NCBI GenBank assembly: GCA_900696575.1
Contig: CAADHD010000018.1
Span: 83,725-147,724, forward strand
Length of the DNA stretch: 64,000 nucleotides
DNA from: an uncultured Bacteroidota bacterium
Lineage (GTDB): Bacteria > Bacteroidota > Bacteroidia > AKYH767-A > OLB10
Reading direction: 5' to 3'
Positions 58,622-64,000 of the stretch are shown here, piece by piece; within the stretch, counting starts at the first letter, position 1; the number at the start of each line of letters is the position of its first letter. Both the position numbers and the translations under genes were made by a program. A model generated the notes under the pieces. It saw only the letters and a program-made list of their open reading frames with translations. It had not been told where the DNA came from and ran no database searches.

Positions 58622-60175
58622 ATGCTTATGGCTGCATGGAGGAATTTAGTGAAGTCAGCGGTTCCTTTTTTGGTTCTTTTGATAATTCTGTGTTTTCAAT
58701 TGGCATTTGTATCCGAAGTTCCTTCCGGTATTCATGCCTGGGCACAATGGGATCGTTACTCAATTGTTCTTGGATTTCTCGAAAACAACTTCCAGTTATT
58801 CCGCCCTCAAACTTTTGTTTTCAATCATCAGTTTCCATCAGATTGGATTCAGGCTTCTTCTTCCACCATCACAGCCGTTGATTTTCCGGTGCACGAATGG
58901 TTTGTTGCTTTCATTATGAAAATAACCGGCAACAATTCTTTCATTGTCTTTAAGTTGTATAATTTCATTTTAGCTCTGATGGGTTTGTTTCTCTGGTGGA
59001 AGACAGCATTAATCCTTACAGGCAATATGTTTAAATCATTTATTGCTTTAGTATTCACAGCAGCTTCTCCGGTGCTTCTTTTTTATACCGGAAGTTCCCT
59101 GCCGGGTATTCCTTCACTCGCCTCGGCAATGGCAGGAATCTTTTTTTATGTGCAGTTCAAAAGGCGAAACCGTTTTTCTGATTTTTATTTTTCCATCATT
59201 TGGCTTACACTGGCTGCACTTACTCGTACCACATTTGTCATTCCATTGCTGAGTGTTTTTCTTGTAGAAATTTCAGGCCAATACAAAAATCATCACCATC
59301 TAAAAAAGTTTTTACCTGCCGTGCTGCTTTCTGTTTTAACGCTTGCCGGATATTTTTTCTACAATCGTTTCCTCTTCTTAAGCCACGGAAGCATGTTTCT
59401 GAATGAGCTGATGCCGCCCAAAAGCTGGGAGCAGGCAAAAGATTGCCTTCAGGTAATGTTCGAAAACTGGACATTTGAGTGGTTTACCGGCTGGCATTAT
59501 TTACTATTCGCTTTAATTTTTGTTCTGAGTTTTTTCAAAAACCTAAAAGATGGAAACATGCCGAATGACAGCGTGTCTGATGCTTTAAAAAAATGGTCAA
59601 TTTTTAGTCTTGTAGGCTGCCTGATGTTTTTTATAGCCATGCTTCGTCAATTTCCGCATCACGATTATTATTTCCTCGATACATTTTTTCTTCCGCTTTG
59701 CATGATGTTTTTACTCATACTTAACAAAACAAATTTTGATTGGAATAAACAGTTGATTCAGGCAAGTATTTCTATTCTGCTTTTCATCATGGTTTTTAAA
59801 GCGAGTGAGGTTTCCAATTACAGGCACAACAATTTAATAAGCGAACGCTTTCATCAAATGCTTGAAAATTTTTCTGGTGCTGACGAATGGCTGGAAAATT
59901 CGGGGATACTGAAGGATGCCAAAATCCTTATTGCCGATGTTCCTGCCCCCAATCCTCCTTTTGTATTAATGAAGCGCAAAGGATATGTTGTTCTCTCCTC
60001 TAATCTGCACCGTCCAAAACATGTGGAAGCAGCGTTACAATTTCCATTTGATTTTATGGTGATGGAAATCAGCAGAAAAGACGAAATCACAAATAGTATT
60101 CCGCAATTTAATCAGTATTTCAGTACAATAATAAGCAGTGATAAACTCATTTTATTCAAACGGAAACCGGAATAA
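58622..60175 (+). CDS. polytopic membrane protein, possibly GT39/ArnT-like (second copy in the window)
   Basis: 517 aa with more than 10 TM helices and a periplasmic-loop architecture like the gene at 38196. Confidence 0.4.
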   Translation: MLMAAWRNLVKSAVPFLVLLIILCFQLAFVSEVPSGIHAWAQWDRYSIVLGFLENNFQLFRPQTFVFNHQFPSDWIQASSSTITAVDFPVHEWFVAFIMKITGNNSFIVFKLYNFILALMGLFLWWKTALILTGNMFKSFIALVFTAASPVLLFYTGSSLPGIPSLASAMAGIFFYVQFKRRNRFSDFYFSIIWLTLAALTRTTFVIPLLSVFLVEISGQYKNHHHLKKFLPAVLLSVLTLAGYFFYNRFLFLSHGSMFLNELMPPKSWEQAKDCLQVMFENWTFEWFTGWHYLLFALIFVLSFFKNLKDGNMPNDSVSDALKKWSIFSLVGCLMFFIAMLRQFPHHDYYFLDTFFLPLCMMFLLILNKTNFDWNKQLIQASISILLFIMVFKASEVSNYRHNNLISERFHQMLENFSGADEWLENSGILKDAKILIADVPAPNPPFVLMKRKGYVVLSSNLHRPKHVEAALQFPFDFMVMEISRKDEITNSIPQFNQYFSTIISSDKLILFKRKPE

Positions 60176-60183
60176 ATCACTCA

Positions 60184-60843
60184 TTATTTCAACCTGAAAC
60201 TTACCGGCAAATTGAAAGTGCAGGCAACCGGACTGCCATCGTAGTTTTTTCCCGGACTCCATGGAGGCATCATGCTTGCCACCCTTACAGCTTCCTGATC
60301 AAGCAACGGATGTACACCTTTCAACACTTTTACATCACTGATATTTCCAGCCTCATCAACTTTAAAACTTAAATAGACTGTTCCGGCAATACCTTCTTTA
60401 ACTGCTTTTTTATCGTACTTCAGGTTTGCCTGCAGAAACCGGTAAAGCGCTTCCATGCCGCCTGTAAATTCAGGCATTACCGGAGGCATAAACACCGGAG
60501 CAGTTGAATTAGCAGTAACCGGATCAGGATTGTCTGGTGTTACTATTTCTATGGGTTTGTCTGTTATTGTCGGCTCAGTTGAAGTTACAATGGATGTGGT
60601 AACTGGGGGTTTGTTTACGATAGGTTTTACCGGTGCAGGATCCGGGTTGCTTTTATTTTTAATAACAGGTATTTCAAATATCATTTGTTCTGTTTCTGCA
60701 TCAGGAAGCTTAAGGTCGGGTATGGTATATGTAAACGAAAGCTGCAATGCAATCCATGTAATCAGCAACGCAATGGTTAATCCAATCTGAAAAAACAATC
60801 CTCGTTTTTCTTCTAATTGGCGGATGTAAGTGATAGTAGTCAT
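60184..60843 (-). CDS. energy transducer TonB-family protein
   Basis: N-terminal TM helix, a Pro-rich spacer ('PDPAPVKPIVNKPPV', 'PDNPDPV'), and a C-terminal TonB domain 'GTVYLSFKVDEAGNISDVKVLKG'. Confidence 0.85.
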   Translation of the reverse strand: MTTITYIRQLEEKRGLFFQIGLTIALLITWIALQLSFTYTIPDLKLPDAETEQMIFEIPVIKNKSNPDPAPVKPIVNKPPVTTSIVTSTEPTITDKPIEIVTPDNPDPVTANSTAPVFMPPVMPEFTGGMEALYRFLQANLKYDKKAVKEGIAGTVYLSFKVDEAGNISDVKVLKGVHPLLDQEAVRVASMMPPWSPGKNYDGSPVACTFNLPVSFRLK

Positions 60844-60975
60844 AACTTTAGTTTTTGTGTTTAACGGATTAACAGTTACTAGTATTGTTAATCAGATGCA
60901 TATTCAGATGGAAATGCATAACCGCTCAATCACTTTTTCAAAGACCTGATATAGCAGCCTGATTACTTTTGCTGA

Positions 60976-61521
60976 ATGTGTTCAAGAGCGCTGGTTGTTT
61001 TAGGATTACTTACAGTGGCATCAATAGCCGATGCACAGGTTTATCTTACCCGAAACGGAAGAATTGATTTTTACAGCAATGCTCCCCTCGAAATCATTCA
61101 TGCCTATTCTTCCAGGCTGAAAGGGGTCCTGGATTTTTCAAAAAAAGCATTTGTTTTTACAGTAAAAATCCGCTCGTTCGAAGGGTTTAACAGCCCGCTG
61201 CAGCGCGAACATTTCAATGAGAACTATATGGAAAGCGATAAGTATCCTGAGGCTGTGTTTCAGGGGAAAATGATTGGAGATTTCGATCCTGAAGCCAACA
61301 CGGCACAAATCATACGGGCCAAAGGAATTATGCAAATGCATAATATGAATAAAGAAATCATTATTACGGTTGAGTTAAAGAAGCAAGGTGAATCTGTGTT
61401 GGCCAATGCAGCCTTTACATTAATGCCTAAAGATTTTGGCATCCGAATTCCGAAAATCGTGCACGAAAAAATTGCTTCCGAAATAAATGTTAACGTAAGT
61501 TTATTGCTTAATAAAAATTGA
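60976..61521 (+). CDS. YceI-family periplasmic protein
   Basis: Signal peptide and 'REHFNENYMESDKYPEAVFQGKM...' characteristic of the YceI lipid-binding barrel. Length is 181 aa. Confidence 0.65.
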   Translation: MCSRALVVLGLLTVASIADAQVYLTRNGRIDFYSNAPLEIIHAYSSRLKGVLDFSKKAFVFTVKIRSFEGFNSPLQREHFNENYMESDKYPEAVFQGKMIGDFDPEANTAQIIRAKGIMQMHNMNKEIIITVELKKQGESVLANAAFTLMPKDFGIRIPKIVHEKIASEINVNVSLLLNKN

Positions 61522-64000
61522 AGAACAATATCGTATTTTTATTTATTTTTTTTATCTGCGTTAACCGGGTAACAGCCCAGCAGCCGGTTTTTATTTCTTA
61601 TCCCTCCGAAAATTATCCTGCCGTTTCTGATAGGATTTCTGTACTTTACAGCAACGGGCTTGATTTTTTATGGATGGCCACCGATAGCAGCCTCTTGAGG
61701 TTTGACGGCATACGGTTTTTTTCAATATCATCACAAATAGGTCAAACACCATCTGCAATAACACAGGATTTGGAAGGAATAGTATGGACTGCTTTTGGCA
61801 ATCGGATTTACTTTATTGACAAAACAAAAAACAAACCCGTTCCTGTTAACATAGATTCATTAACACATCCGGTAACAGCCTTGCTGACCGTTCAGGAAAA
61901 TTTATGGATAGCCACAGCAGGCGGAGGAATTGTTGTTAAAACAAAAGACAACCTGACTCTTATCAATTCGGCTTCAGGTTTAAGCGATGATTATGTTTAT
62001 TGTCTCGAAATAGATGATGCAGGAAATGTTTGGGCTGGAACGGATCAGGGCATTACAATTTTAAGCAGTAAACAACCTTTCCGCATGCTGAAAGAAATTT
62101 CAACAGACAACGGCTTGCCTGATGTCATTGTAAGACGCTTGAAAAAAACTGATGATCATAAGATGTTAATCGGAATGCACCAGGCCGGTGTTGCAATTGC
62201 AGACAGTAAACAGAAGGTTTACCATATTACTCCGCTATGGCTATACGGAGAGGTTAATGATCTGGTAACCGAAGGGCCAGGCATCTGGATTGCCACCGAA
62301 AAAGGAGGAGTTGTTTTTCTTTCTTTTCCCATCACGCAACCGGTTTCGTTTACAAAAACCAAAACACAAAACTTCACTAATGTTACGGCAGCCGCTAAAA
62401 CTGATGATGGGTTTATCTGGTTCGCTTCAGGCGGCCGTCTTTACAAAACGGCAGGTATGAAATGGGCATGGCTGAATTCATTAAATGGAATAACTCTTCA
62501 AAACATTCATGCTGTTTTTACTGACAGCAATAATAATCTCTGGTTTACACCTGATAGCGGATTGATGGTATTGTCGGCAGATAATTCAGTTCGACAACTT
62601 TCGCTTCCCGGAATCAACAGCAAAACGGACATCACTAGTTTTTATGAAGATGAATGTGGCCATATATGGATTGGAACTGTAGGCAGCGGCTTATTCCGTT
62701 ACAACATACACACAGGGAGAATTTACCCAACGGCTTTTTCGCAAAACGAATCAGAGTTTAGAAACATTCTTTCGCTGAACGGAAAATTAAATACGCTTTG
62801 GGTAGCCACCTATGGCGGAGTATTTAAAACATCCATCAGCCATTGTGCTGAAGAAAAGCCGAAGCTAACCATTGAACCCGTGGAAACAGGCCAGCAAATC
62901 GGCCATTTCTATGTGTATCATGTTTTTATTGATTCTAAAGGCAAAACCTGGTTTGCCACAGATGGAAACGGGTTAATTTGCTATGATGACGGGAAAATTG
63001 TACGTTTTGATGTCGCCCCGTTCAGCAGAGAAAATGTGGTTTACTCCATTGCTGAAGATTTAAAAAATAATCTTTGGTTTAGTGTTCATAATGGCGGTCT
63101 GATTCGTTTTGACGGCAATCAATTCAGGCAGTTTACAGATGCTGACGGACTTAAATCAAAGGCAGTTCAATCTGTTATTCACGACCGGAAAAACCGGTTA
63201 GTGCTGACGTATGAAAACGGCATAGATTTTTTTAATACAGAAACCGGATTTGTTTACAGCCCGGGGAAAGAATTCGGGTTTGAAACCATTAAACCCGACC
63301 TGAATACTTTAGCGATTGATAACAACAGCAGTATCTGGATTGGAACCTCACACGGAATAATTAAGTTTTCATCAGATTATTCGCCAGATAGCATCAGACC
63401 GTATTCTGTTTTATACGAGGCCGTTTTGCCGGGATCTGCAAAACTTATTTCAAACAGAGAATCTCTTAACCATAATGAGAATATGATCAGCCTGCTTTTC
63501 TGCGGTTTCTGGAATGCAGCTCCTGAACAGTTGGTATATCGCTACAAACTGAATAACAGCGATGCCTGGATTACCACCTATGATCGGCAGATTGTTTTGT
63601 CGGGATTAAATCCGGGAAACCATCAGGTAATCTTTCAGGCCAGCCATCATCCTTCGTTTTTATTTCCTTCAACATCATCCTTTCATTTTACTATTATGAA
63701 ACCGATATGGAAACGAGCATGGTTTCTGGCAATACTGGCTTTTGCTTTGACCGCCTTCATATTTACATTCATCCGCCTGCGCGAAAACCAGCTCCGTAAA
63801 ATGGAAATTCTGGAGAAAGAAAAAACAATCTATCAGTACGAAACCCTCAAATCGCAGGTCAACCCGCATTTTTTATTCAATAGTCTGAACACACTCATCT
63901 CTGTTATTGAAAGCGAACCGCGCGAAGAAGCTTCCCTTTTTGCACAACAGCTTTCCGGTTTTTACAGAAGCTCTCTCTCCCTGCGCGAAAGAGATTTCAT
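61518..64000 (+). CDS. sensor histidine kinase with a periplasmic two-component-regulator beta-propeller plus Y_Y_Y domain and a LytS/YehU-type His_kinase domain (3'-truncated at the window end; not in the ORF track)
   Basis: An open frame with no stop runs from 61515 to 64000. Signal-like N-terminus 'KNNIVFLFIFFICVNRVTAQQ' and repeated '(L)W(I/F)(A/G)T..G(L/I)' propeller blades. A TM helix 'AWFLAILAFALTAFIFTFI' is followed by 'LKSQVNPHFLFNSLNTL' (PF06580 H-box). The start is unclear (candidate TTG at 61518 overlapping the yceI stop). Confidence 0.8.
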   Translation, partial: MKNNIVFLFIFFICVNRVTAQQPVFISYPSENYPAVSDRISVLYSNGLDFLWMATDSSLLRFDGIRFFSISSQIGQTPSAITQDLEGIVWTAFGNRIYFIDKTKNKPVPVNIDSLTHPVTALLTVQENLWIATAGGGIVVKTKDNLTLINSASGLSDDYVYCLEIDDAGNVWAGTDQGITILSSKQPFRMLKEISTDNGLPDVIVRRLKKTDDHKMLIGMHQAGVAIADSKQKVYHITPLWLYGEVNDLVTEGPGIWIATEKGGVVFLSFPITQPVSFTKTKTQNFTNVTAAAKTDDGFIWFASGGRLYKTAGMKWAWLNSLNGITLQNIHAVFTDSNNNLWFTPDSGLMVLSADNSVRQLSLPGINSKTDITSFYEDECGHIWIGTVGSGLFRYNIHTGRIYPTAFSQNESEFRNILSLNGKLNTLWVATYGGVFKTSISHCAEEKPKLTIEPVETGQQIGHFYVYHVFIDSKGKTWFATDGNGLICYDDGKIVRFDVAPFSRENVVYSIAEDLKNNLWFSVHNGGLIRFDGNQFRQFTDADGLKSKAVQSVIHDRKNRLVLTYENGIDFFNTETGFVYSPGKEFGFETIKPDLNTLAIDNNSSIWIGTSHGIIKFSSDYSPDSIRPYSVLYEAVLPGSAKLISNRESLNHNENMISLLFCGFWNAAPEQLVYRYKLNNSDAWITTYDRQIVLSGLNPGNHQVIFQASHHPSFLFPSTSSFHFTIMKPIWKRAWFLAILAFALTAFIFTFIRLRENQLRKMEILEKEKTIYQYETLKSQVNPHFLFNSLNTLISVIESEPREEASLFAQQLSGFYRSSLSLRERDF

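Noticed and set aside
1-64000. CRISPR arrays, transposases/IS elements, prophage or conjugative modules, toxin-antitoxin or restriction-modification genes
   Set aside because: I looked for direct-repeat/spacer periodicity, DDE/serine recombinase motifs and phage structural genes and found none. The only repeats are intragenic (SprB and Ala/Glu repeats).

Overview
This is a chromosomal segment from a Bacteroidota genome, judged from T9SS C-terminal sorting domains, SprB repeats, a TonB-dependent receptor with a CarboxypepD_reg N-terminus, TAnnTTTG promoters and weak Shine-Dalgarno usage. Housekeeping genes are well supported: rarA, queG, mgtE, recA, prfB (with its programmed +1 frameshift), pdxA, anmK, murB, pheS, a cyclophilin PPIase and an archaeal-type PGI/PMI. 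The accessory content is mostly cell-surface or metal related. There are four very large T9SS cargo proteins with SprB-repeat, beta-propeller or Ig-like domains, and a tandem pair of M43 (pappalysin-type) zinc metalloproteases carrying T9SS tails. A probable copper-handling operon contains an MbnP-like lipoprotein, an MbnH-like di-heme cytochrome c peroxidase and a Cys-motif outer-membrane barrel. A His-rich, ZnuD-like TonB-dependent receptor sits beside a small His/Cys-rich secreted protein and a degenerate DUF1223 protein. An oxyanion (molybdate/tungstate-type) ABC operon is preceded by a ModE-like winged-helix protein and an outer-membrane porin. RNA features are a tRNA-Asn(GTT) with its terminator and a clear M-box (Mg2+) riboswitch in the mgtE leader. 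A long sensor histidine kinase gene absent from the ORF track runs off the 3' end. No CRISPR array, integrase, transposase or phage module is visible. I cannot point to a confidently 'new system'; the most unusual loci are listed in findings.
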